Below are positions 51,801 through 61,840 of a stretch of DNA of 64,000 nt, one piece after another (position 1 is the first letter of the stretch; each line of letters begins with the position of its first letter). Under the pieces are notes generated by a model, which was given only the letters and a program-made list of their open reading frames with translations, was not told the DNA's origin and did no database searches. The translations under genes and the position numbers were made by a program. Where the stretch lies: positions 32,924,001 through 32,988,000 of the forward strand of contig CM059432.1 of the NCBI GenBank assembly GCA_030390025.1, read 5' to 3'. The stretch is from Squalus acanthias (taxonomy: Eukaryota).

Positions 51801-53960
51801 CGAGTGGCTCAGCTGCACAGGAGGGGAGGAAAAAGAGTGGGAGAGCAATAGTGATAGGGGATTCTATTGTAAGGGGAACAGATAGACGTTTCTGTGGCCG
51901 CAGACGTGACTCCAGGATGGTATGTTGCCTCCCTGGTGCCAGGGTCAAGGATGTCACTGAACGGCTGCAGGGCATTCTGAAGGGGGAGGGCGAACAGTCA
52001 GAGGTCGTGGTTCACATTGGTACCAACGACATGGGTAGAAAGAGGGATGAGGTCCTGCAACAAGAATTTAGGGAGCTAGGTAGCAGATTAAAAAGCAGGA
52101 CCTCAAAGGTTGTAATCAGTTAGTTTGCAGATGACACGAAAATTGGTGGGGTGGTAAATAGCGAGGAGGGAAGCCTCAGGCTACAGGACGATATAGATGG
52201 GTTGGTCAGATGGGCAGAACAGTGGCAAATGGTATTTAACCCTGAAAAGTGTGAGGTGATGCATTTTTGGAGGACTAACAAGGCAAGGGAATACACAATG
52301 AATGGTAGGACCCTAGGAAGGACAGAGGATCAGAGGGACCTTGGCGTGCATGTACATAGATCCCTGAAGGCAGCAGGACAGGTAGATAAGGTGGTTAGAA
52401 AGGCATATGGGATACTTGCCTTCATTAGCCGAGGCATAGAATGTAAGAGCAGGGAGGTTGTGATGGAGCTATACAAAACGCTAGTTAGGCCACAGCTGGA
52501 ATACTGTGTGCAGTTCTGGTCGCCACACTATAGGAAGGATGTGATTGCACTGGAGAGGGTTCAGAGGAGATTCACCAGGATGTTACCTGGGCTGCAGCGC
52601 TTCAGCTATGAAGAGAGACTGGATAGGCTGGGGTTGTTTTCCTTAGAGCAGAGAAGGCTGAGGGGGGACCTGATTGAGGTGTACAAAATTATGAGGGGCA
52701 TAGATAGGGGTGATAGAAAGGAACTTTTCCCCTTAGTAGAGGGGTTAATGACCAGGGGGCATAGTTTCAAGGTAAGGGGCAGGAGGTTTAGAGGGGATTT
52801 GAGGAAAAACTTTTTCACCCAGAGGGTGGTTGGAATCTGGAACTCACTGCCTGAAAGGATGGTAGAGGCAGGAACCCTCACAACATTCAAGAAGCATTTA
52901 GATGAGCACTTGAAATGCCATAGCATACAAGGCTATGGACCAAGTGCTGGAAAATGGGATTAAAATAGACAGGGCTTGATGGCCGGTGTGGACACGATGG
53001 GCCGAAGGGCCTCTTTCTGTGCTGTATAACTCTATGACTCTATGAGACCACCACCTCTTCTGAATATAACAGAGATACTCCAAGAACTTATCACCAACCT
53101 TCAAACTGAGAAAAAGTCTTTCCACCTCATCTCGGCCACTGACCATCACCTCGAACCCAACATTCGGCTTTGGTTGGCAGGCAAAGCAGCTTCCCTTGTC
53201 ACAGTCCTCATGTACCACTTGGATAATATCCCAAGCTCGTATCTCTTTATCCTCGCACTGAACCACTACCGTGTTTTCTTTTCCAAACCTCCTAGGGTCC
53301 TGGCCCAAATCTTTGGGCCTTTTTCTCTCGCTTCCAGCAACAGTTTCCCCCCTGATTAAATTCATCTTGAGAACGCTGTCCTCTGAGGGGTCCGGCACTC
53401 TGGGCCCCTCAGCAGCCATCTGGCTGCTGTTTATGGGCCAAAAAGGCCCTAAAACCTGAAAAATGAACCCAAAAACCCACCAACAACTTTTTACAAGCTC
53501 ACTCCCACTCCCTGCAGTAATCAAGCAACCAGCAGCACCTGCTTACTCCTAGCCCCTCCCACCTAGAGAGTGCTACCAACTGAGCCACTGGCTGACAATA
53601 TGCCATTTAAGGTTAGGGGACAAGTAAGAGAGGAAGGGAAGAGGAATTGGTGATGTGTTGATGTTTCTGAAGCCCTCCCTTCCCTCGGTGGCTGCTTGGC
53701 ACATTCTGGGATTAAATTTTCGGCCTACTCTTTGCAGAATGGTATAGGAGCCTGGGGATAAGGAGGTACAGGGGGAGTGGGGGTGGGTGGTAAATGCTAA
53801 ATTCAGAACGGCTTTGCCAACTAACACTTGAGAGCCAAAGATGCCAATTGGGCAAAGGTCTAATCACTCTGAAGCCAATAAGGGTATTTGACTTTGTTTC
53901 TGTTTCCTATTGCAGGTGCCAAGATTCAATCCAAATGAATGGGCAGTGATGGCAAGACAA
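36683..53960 (+). CDS. Cathelicidin-like precursor (signal peptide + cathelin/cystatin-fold domain). Exons 36683-36859, 37890-38000, 39308-39403, 53916-53960; 3' end uncertain
   Basis: All introns are phase 0, GT-AG. Joined protein: [143 protein letters not shown]. It has the NLF, KETxC and CDFKxxG motifs and four Cys, with an exon break right after CDFKxxG as in cathelicidins. Confidence 0.8.
37890..38000 (+). CDS. Cathelicidin-like exon 2 (KETIC...CDFKNEG)
   Basis: Acceptor tttatctgcag, donor gtaagt, 111 nt, two Cys. Confidence 0.9.
39308..39403 (+). CDS. Cathelicidin-like exon 3 (second Cys pair)
   Basis: Acceptor ttttcttcacaccag, donor cag|gtaaga, 96 nt. Confidence 0.88.
40281..41520 (+). 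mobile_element. CR1 LINE 3' part; its tail is split by the Harbinger and resumes at 45737-45756
   Basis: [11 protein letters not shown] and FADD; atgactc repeats on both sides of the transposon. Confidence 0.9.
42032..43190 (+). pseudogene. Harbinger (HARBI1-like) DDE transposase with one frameshift near 42745
   Basis: [18 protein letters not shown] and GSCHD in ORF 41963..42748; LGDKGY and [14 protein letters not shown] in ORF 42681..43190. Confidence 0.9.
43503..45376 (-). CDS. Harbinger Myb/SANT-like DNA-binding protein, 3 exons (45140-45376, 44639-44801, 43503-44479), 458 aa
   Basis: [11 protein letters not shown]...WREVA...[13 protein letters not shown] borders in phases 0 and 1; uninterrupted frame. 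Confidence 0.82.
44836..44998. repeat. 54-bp tandem repeat x3
   Basis: cagccatggtcttgcctgatgtgcctcccataggtgaatagcccttactgtatg repeated identically, in intron 1 of the Myb gene. Confidence 0.95.
45757..46196 (-). mobile_element. tRNA/Deu SINE; its 5' tip continues at 53566-53597
   Basis: Body matches 10135-10600; broken within the A-box region by the Tx1 LINE. Confidence 0.88.
46197..53565 (-). mobile_element. Full-length L1/Tx1-clade LINE, decayed (ORF1 ~53419-50152 with CCHC knuckles; ORF2 ~50110-46420 with APE and RT)
   Basis: [74 protein letters not shown]-rich tail; TSD gag(g/a)gtgctaccaa at 46183-46196 and 53566-53579. Confidence 0.92.
51427..53041 (+). mobile_element. CR1 LINE with internal deletion (ORF1 esterase joined to the ORF2 3' end), nested in Tx1 ORF1
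   Basis: CRKC, GDSIVRG and HIGTND, then directly FADD at 52122; TSD atgagac at 51420-51426 and 53042-53048. Confidence 0.9.
53916..53960 (+). CDS. Probable exon 4 ([15 protein letters not shown]; read-through adds VSHP-stop at 53975)
   Basis: Strong acceptor tttctgtttcctattgcag in the first unique sequence after the TE stack; phase 0; followed by gtaagc. Confidence 0.6.
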
Positions 53961-54705
53961 GTAAGCCATCCTTAATATCTTCCAAGTCCACATTTGAAAC
54001 TTGGAGCAAATCATTCTACAGGGCCAACCTCAACTCCCTCGTGAAACTTAGCTGGAAGTATATGAGCAACACAGGAGGGAGAGGGGACCCTCAATTGAAA
54101 CATTTTCATCTTTCCAAATTCCTTCAAACCGCTCTGTAACAGTAACTTCAATTAAAAAAAAGATGGTGTTGAGCTGCATCTTTCAGATTTATAAATTGTA
54201 TCAAATATTACAGTGGGTAGCCTGGAATGAGGAACAGGCTTGAATCTAATCAGGAAGTTGTGGTGGTTTATGTGCAAGGCTTGATTTTGCAAGGATGGCA
54301 AAACAGGGGATGTGCTTGCCCATGGTGCTGGCACACCTGTGCTGTCAGTGGGGTGGTCTCATCAAGGAAGCTTCCTTCGTTTCATGAGAATATGCTCACT
54401 GTCCATGGAAAATGTGTGCAGGAAACAGGTCTGTATGTCGGTCGGCCTAGATTTGCAAAATTGGGTGAGCAGTCGCTCTTAAAGGGTTGTTGCTCGCTGT
54501 TAAAAGAGAGTTATGCACTATTTTCCTGCAGAGCCTTCAGCTGCCTGGATCCTAATTGAGATGTTTAAGATGATGAAAGGATTTGATAGGATAGAGGTAT
54601 TTCCTCTGGTGGTGGAGTCCACAACAAGTGGGTATAACATTAAAGTTAGAGCTAGGCCATTCAGGAAATCTGGAACTCTCACCTCCAAAAAGCTGTTGAG
54701 ACTAA

Positions 54706-55490
54706 GGGCTAGAAATTCAGCTGCTTTGCGCCTGCCGTTAGCGCCTCTTGGGACGCTAATGGGGCGCAAAGGGCTTATCGGCCAGGGGGTGAAAAAAGCG
54801 CCTCCCAAGAAATTCAGCGGGGCGTTGCTGAGGCGTTACCCGATAGTGGCGCGCCCCCACCAGAAGTGCCCTGGGCCACTGCGTTGCCGCCGATGATGTC
54901 ATTGCTGTGCGCCGCGACCCCTTACCAACTCGCGGTAGAAATTTAGCTGTGCCATGCGAGGCTGCTGCAGGCGATGTCAGTGCCAGCCTCGTGGGTCGCG
55001 AACCAGACCAAACTCCGCTCGCGAGGCAGTGTTTAAAGGGGCGGTGCGGCCGCGACCTGCGCCGCCATTTTCTTTTTTTGGCTGGCCTCCAGGTCGGCCC
55101 TCCATGGAGTGCCGTGGTGTGGTCCTGGCCGCCATCACGTAGCCCGGCACCGTGTTTCGGCACCGGGCTGCTGCCATGGTACCACGCCGCCCTGGTGGCC
55201 TAGTGTGGGCCATCGGAGGCCCTGCAGAGTGCGCAGCGGCCCTCCCCTTTAACTGAAGGGGCGGGGCGTTGAAATGCGGCAGTGCTCCACAGAGCCCTGC
55301 CGATCGTGCCCCAACATCACCTCGGTTACCATCCCACCAGGAAGTGGAGCGCCCGAGATTGTGCTCTACTTCCTGTGCGGGGCGGTAAGCTGAATTTAGC
55401 AGCCGGGGCGGTACTTCCGTGATGGGTGCTAAATATCCGACCTTAACTCAGTTACCACCCCCAAACGGGGCATAACCGAATTTTGCGCCC
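54706..55490. mobile_element. Harbinger-type MITE inside a CR1 3' fragment
   Basis: Termini gggctagaaattc / gaattttgcgccc; subterminal gttagcgcc...ctaatggggcgcaaa shared with the 41521 element. Confidence 0.8.
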
Positions 55491-56414
55491 AAGTCAATTG
55501 AAAATTTCAAAACTGCAATTGATAGGTTTTTGTTAGGTAAGGGTATTAAGGGATATGGAACCAATGTGGGTAAATGGAGTTAAGATACGGATCAGCCATG
55601 AATGGCCTACTCCCGTTCCTATGTCCCCATGTCCTACTCTCTGGAATTCCCTCCCTAAACCCATCTGCCTTTCCAGTGCCCTCTTCTTCTTTAAAAGCTT
55701 TCTCAAAAGCCATCTGTTTTTACCAAGCCTTTAGTCACCCCTACTAACCGCTCCCTTCCCAGAACGATGTTAATTTCTTGACACCTATCTGTGAAATGCT
55801 ATGGGGTGTTCTTTATATCAAAGATCCTATATGAATGCAAAGTGTTGCTAATACCAAGAAGAATAGTCATAACTGGGTGGAGCTATAATCATTTTTTCAT
55901 TGGGAAACTAAGGGCAGTGGGAAAGACTCTTTCATTTAGCAAAAAACCCTTGGATGTCCTGTTTCAGAAGGTTCAGCAAAGTAGGGTGGACCTCTTTGGT
56001 GTAGAAGGTGGCCCACCTGTTAAACAAAGTTCAAGTTGTATGGGCGGAGATAGCCTAGCGAGTAAATGCTATGTCCGCCGCTCTATTCTGGGAGCACCTG
56101 TGTCAGAAGTTAAGCTGCATCAGAAGAATTGCCAAGGTTAGTCTACCCACCTTTGTCTACATGCTTACTCTGTCCATAGAAGGCAAATGTTTATCTCCAA
56201 CACCCTCAGGGAGATTAGATGCAAATTATGCAGAGAACATTTACAACTTTTTGCACCCTACCTTTATGCAATACAAGTTACAGAGTACAACTTCAGTGGG
56301 GCAAAGCAAAATCTTGCACATAGCAAATTTCAGCTCCTAAAGAGTACTGCCAGCAGAACCAGTCACTTTGGAGTACGCAGGCAATTGCTAATATCTTCAT
56401 TGTGTTCGCCTTAC

Positions 56415-59400
56415 AGACAATCTAATGTCCTTTAGGGCAGGAAACCTGCTGTCCTTACTCGGTTTGGCCTATACAAGACTCCAGTCCCACACAGACGTGG
56501 TTGACACTTAACTGCCCTCTGGAATGGCCTAGCAAGCCACTCAGTTGTATGAAACCACTACAAAAAATAAGAATAAAATCAGATGGACCACTCGGCTATG
56601 AGCTAGGCATCAAATTTGAACACGCATACAACAAAGAGACACCCAGCCCAGTTGACCCTGCAAAGTCCTTGTCACTAACATGTGAGGACTGTTGCCACAG
56701 AATAGTCAAGCAACAGCCTGACATTGTCATATTTGCAGAATCATACCTGTTATTCAACGTCCCAGACTCCTCCATCACCATCCCTGGGTATGTCCTGTCC
56801 CACCGGCAGGTCAGATCCACCAGAGGTGGGGCCACAGCAAAATAAAGTTGGGGGGAATGGCCCTGGGAGCCCTCAACATTGACTCCAGACTTCATGAAGT
56901 CTCATGGCTTCAGATCAAACATGGGCAAGCAAACATCCTGCTGATTACCTCCTACTGTCCTCCCTCAGCCGATGAACCAGTACAGCTCTATGTTAAAGAT
57001 GACTTGGAAGAAGCACTGAGGGTAGCAAGGGCACAGAAGGTACTCTGGGTGGGGGACTTCAATGTCCATCACGGTTGTATCACCACTGACCGAGCTGGCT
57101 ATGTCTTGAATGACATGGCTGCTAGACTAGGTTTGTGGCAGGTGGTGAAAGAACCAACACGAGGGAATAACCTGCTTGACCTCATCCTCGCCAATCTACC
57201 TTTCACAGATGCATCTATACATGACAGTGGGAGTGACCGCCGCACAGTTCCTGTGGAGTCCATGTTCCATCTTCACACTGAGGACACCCTCCACCGTGTT
57301 GTGTGGCACAACCACTGTTCTAAGTGAGATAGATTAAGGACAGATCTAGCAGCTCAAGACTGGACATCTATGAGGCGCTGAAGGCCATCAGCAGCAGCAG
57401 AATTGTATGCCACCACATTCTGTAATCTCATGCCCGCTTATCCCTCACTCTACCATTACCATCAAGCCAGATGGCCAACCCTGGTTCAATGAGAAGTGTA
57501 TAAGAGCACCAGGCATACCTAAAAATGAGGAGCCAACCTGGTGAAGCTAAAACACAGGACTACATGCATGCCTTAGAGGTGGTGCAACAAACGTTCACGA
57601 GATTGATTCCTGGGATGAGAGGGTTGTCCTGTGAGGAGAGATTGAGTAGATTGGACCTACATTCTCTGGAGTTTAGAAGAATGAGAGGTGATCTCATTGA
57701 AACATATAAGATACTGAGGGGGATTGACAGGGTAGATGCTGAGAGGTTGTTTCCCCTGACTGGAGAGTCTAGAACTAGGGGGCATAGTCTCAGGATTAAG
57801 ACTGAGCTGAGGAGGAATTTCTTCACTCAGAGAGTTGTGAATCTCTGGAATTCTCTGCCCAAAGGGCTGTGGATGCTGAGTCTTTGAGTATATTCAAAGC
57901 TGAGATAGATAGATTTTTGGACTCTAGGGGAATCAAGGGATATGGAGATCGGGCGGGAAAGTGAAGTTGAGGTCGAAGATCAGCCATGATCATTGAATGG
58001 CGGAGCAGGCTCGAGGGGCCGTTTGGCCTACTCGTGCTCCTAATTCTTATGTTCTTATATTGTGTTCTTAAACAGCAGAAGCAGCATGCTATAGACAGAG
58101 CTAAGTGAACCCACAACCAACAGATCAGCTCAAAGGTCTGCAGTCCTACCAAATCCAGTCACAAATGGTGGTGGACAATTAAACAACATGGAGGAGGCTC
58201 CATGAACATGCCCATCCTCAATCATGGCGGAGCTCAGCACGTGAGTGCAAAAGACAAGGCTGAAGTGTTCGCAATCACCTTCAGCCAGAAATGCTGAGCA
58301 GATGATTCATCGCAGCCTCCTTCATCCGGTCCCCACGATCACAGATGCCAGTCTTCAGCCAATTTGATTCACTCCACTTAATATCAAGAAACAGCTGCGT
58401 GTACTGGACACAGCAAAGGTATGGGTTCCGACAACTTCCCGGTTGTAGTGCTGAAGACCTGTGGTCCAGAACTATCCGCACCTCTAGTCAAGCTGTTCCA
58501 GTATACTGGCACTTACCCGGCAAAGTGGAAATTTGCCCTGGTATGTCCTGTCCACAAAAATCAGGACAAAACCAATCGGGCCGATTACTGTCCTATCAGC
58601 CAACTCTCAATCATCAGCAAAGTGATGGAAGAAGTCATTAACAGTGCTATGAAGCGGCACTCACTCACCAATAACCTAGACTCGCCACAAGGACTGTGTG
58701 GTTATCACACCTACCAATACTCTCATGGACAGATGCATCTACACAGGTAGTTTGGTGAGGACGAGGTCAAGTAGGTTATTCCCTCATGTTGGTTCTCTCA
58801 CCACCTGCCACAAACCCAGTCTGACAGCTATGTTTTTTAGGACCCAGCTAGTTTCATCAGTAGTTGTACTACCGAGCCAATCTTGATGATGGAAATTGAA
58901 ATCCCCCACCCAAAGCATATTCTGTGCCCTTGGCCAGGTATGTTCCGTCCACAAAAAACAGGACAAATCCAACCCAACTAATTACCGTCTACTCTCAGTC
59001 ATCAGCAAAGTGATGGAAGGAGTCGTCAACAGTGCTATCAAGAGGTACTTACTCACCAATAACCTGCTCACTGATGCTCAGTTTGGGTTCTGCCAGGATA
59101 ACTCGGCGCCACACCTCATTATAGCTTTGGTCTAAACATGGTTAAAAAGCTGAATTCTGGAGGTGAAGTGAGAATGACTCCCCTTGACATCAAGGCAGCA
59201 TACGATCGAGTGTGACACCAAGTAGCTCTAGTAAAACTGAAGTCAATGGAGATCGGGGGTAAACTCTCCAGTGACAGAAGTTATATATGGCACAAAAGTA
59301 GATGGTTGTGGTTTTGGAGGCCAGTAGTTCCTTATGGAAGAGTCCTAGACCGAACTATCTTCAGCTGCTTCATCAATGACCTTCCCTCCGTCATAAGGTC

Positions 59401-60312
59401 TGAAGTGGGGCTGTTCGCTGATGATTGCAGTGTTCAGTTCCATTTGCAATTCTTCAGATAATGAAGCAGTCCATGCCCACATACAGTAAGAACTGGACAA
59501 TGTCCAGGCTTGGGCTGATACATGGCAAGTAACATTCACGTCACACCAGTGTTAGACAATGACCATCTCCAACAAGAGAGAGTCTAACCACCTCCCAGAG
59601 AGAGTCTAACCTCTTCCCCTTGACATTCAATGGTATTACCATCGCCGAATCCCCCACCATCAACGTCCTGGGGTCACCATTGAGCAGAAACTAAACTGGA
59701 TCAGCCTCATAAATACCGTGGCTACTAGAGCAGGTCAGAGGCTGGGTATTCTGCAGCAAGTGTCTCACCTCCTGACTCCCCAAAGCCTCTCCACCATCTA
59801 CAAGGCACAAGTCAGGAAAGTGATGGAATACTCTCCACTTGCCTGGATGAGTGCAGCTCCAACAACACTCAAGAAGCTCAATATCATCCAGGACAAAGTC
59901 GTCCACTTGACAGCACTTCATCCACCAATTTAAACATCGACTTTCCCCTTCAATACTGTAACGTGGCTGCAGTGTGTACTATATACAGGATGCAAGTTGT
60001 CAAGGCTTCTTCGGCAGCACCCTCCAAACCTGTGACCTCCACCGCCGAGAAGGACAGGGCAGCAGGTGCATGAGAACACCATCACCTCCAAGGTCCCCTC
60101 CAAGTTACACACCATCCTGACTTGGAAATATATCACCGTTCCTTTGTCGCTGGGTCAAAATCCTGGAACGCCCTACCTAACAGCATTGTGGGAGTACCTT
60201 CACCACACGGACTGCAGCGGTTCAAGAAGGCAGCTCACCACCATCTTCTCAACGGTTGGGCAATATATTCTGGCCTTGCCAGTGATGTCCATATCCTGAG
60301 AATTCATTTTTA
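56415..60312 (+). mobile_element. CR1-group (Zenon/Jockey-like) LINE, long decayed copy with a nested CR1 (57571-58058) and an inverted piece (~58680-58930)
   Basis: APE motifs (GDFNVH, LLDL), RT (INDL, FADD), YKAQVRKVMEY. Confidence 0.85.
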
Positions 60313-60733
60313 AAAATTGCCAAGCACAGGCTTATAGGTTTATGAATTAAATTTTAGCAACTAGGATATAAGTGTTTTGTGTCATATGAACACAACTGAA
60401 ATCTCAATTTTGTGTAATCATAAACATGTTCAAATTAATAAGACCACGTTGAGCAGTTGGTTTACAAAAAAATTAAAGTTGCCCTCTCAGCAGTTGTAAT
60501 AAAATAAACTTCTGGTGGTGGCTGATTGGAGGCATGGAACAAAGAACAAACACATAATGTGAGAAAATGTTTAAAATGTCTTGCACTGCATTTACTAGTT
60601 GAGCTGCTGTTGGTTGAGAATATAAAATGTAGACTTCCTATGCCATAGGTGGCGCTGTTAATTTAATGGGAGCTTTGATACAGTGTCCCATCTTTTCTTC
60701 TTACTGAACCCTTGTTGGCGCCCCTGCATGCTG

Positions 60734-60740
60734 TATAAAA
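60734..60740 (+). promoter_or_regulatory. Candidate TATA box
   Basis: TATAAAA in unique sequence, followed by gag|gtgagg at 60775. Confidence 0.35.
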
Positions 60741-61295
60741 GCAGCATTCCTAGTTTAGTGGGAGAGAAAGTGGAGGTGAGGGCTGAAAGTTTCTGCCAGG
60801 ACTGGCTAAATCTTAATGACTAGAAATTCAACAGAGTTGATGAAATAGTAACTGGAAGTTCACTGCAGTGCCAGTTAAATAGTAGGGATGAGAAACTGGA
60901 AGCAGGTATCCTGCTCCACTATTTGACATCATGAATTTAAGTGGACTGAAAAGCTTAAATCGCATAGGATGAGATGGAGCCTGTAGGGTGCTTCGAACTG
61001 TGGAAAAACTTAATTGGGGAAGAAAAAGCAGATTCTGGGTCATCAAAGAAAAGACCTGCTGAAACTTGCATTTAAAAAAAAATCTGCTGTGTAGCCAGGC
61101 AGGATCAGTGTTAATAACAAATTGGAAAAGCACTTTTAAAAAAGAATGTGAGGAGAGGTGATTTTGGCTCTGGATTACTCCCAATTACTCACAGCTGTGA
61201 CATTAGTTTCTTTTGTTGAATTGATGTAGATGCTGCTGTGTTAATTGTTCCCAGTTGGAGGTGGGGGAAGTGAAACTCAATTGCTTGTGAAGCTA

Positions 61296-61840
61296 TTCTA
61301 GAATCACAGAATAGTATAGCACAGAAAGAGGCCATTTGGCCCATCGAGTCTGTGCCAGCTCTTTCGAAAAGCAATCCTGTTGGTCCCTATATCGCTGCAA
61401 TTTTTTTCTCCAAATATTTATCCATTTTCCCTTTTGAAGGCTACTATTGAATCTGTTTCCACCACCTGATAAAGCAGTGCATTCCAAATCCTAAGCACTG
61501 GTTGTGTAAAGTTTTCCCTTGTGTTGCCTCTGGTTCTTTTGCCAATCACCTTAAATCTATGTCCTCTCGTTAGTGACCCTTCAGCCATTGGCAACAGATT
61601 CTCTTTATTTGCTCCCTCCTAAACCCTTAAATTTAAAACACCTATCAAATCAACTCTTCTCCCTCTCTGCTCTAAGGAGAATAACCCCAGCTTCTCTAGT
61701 CTATCCACATAACTAGTCCATTATCCCTGGAACCATTCTAGTACATTTCTTCTGTACACTCTCAAGTCTTCATATCCTTTCTAAACTGCTGCCCAGAATT
61801 GGATGCAATACTCCAACTGGGGTCGAACTAGTGTTTTATA
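61296..61840 (-). mobile_element. CR1 3' fragment
   Basis: Reverse complement of the CR1 ORF2 end and tail. Confidence 0.8.
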
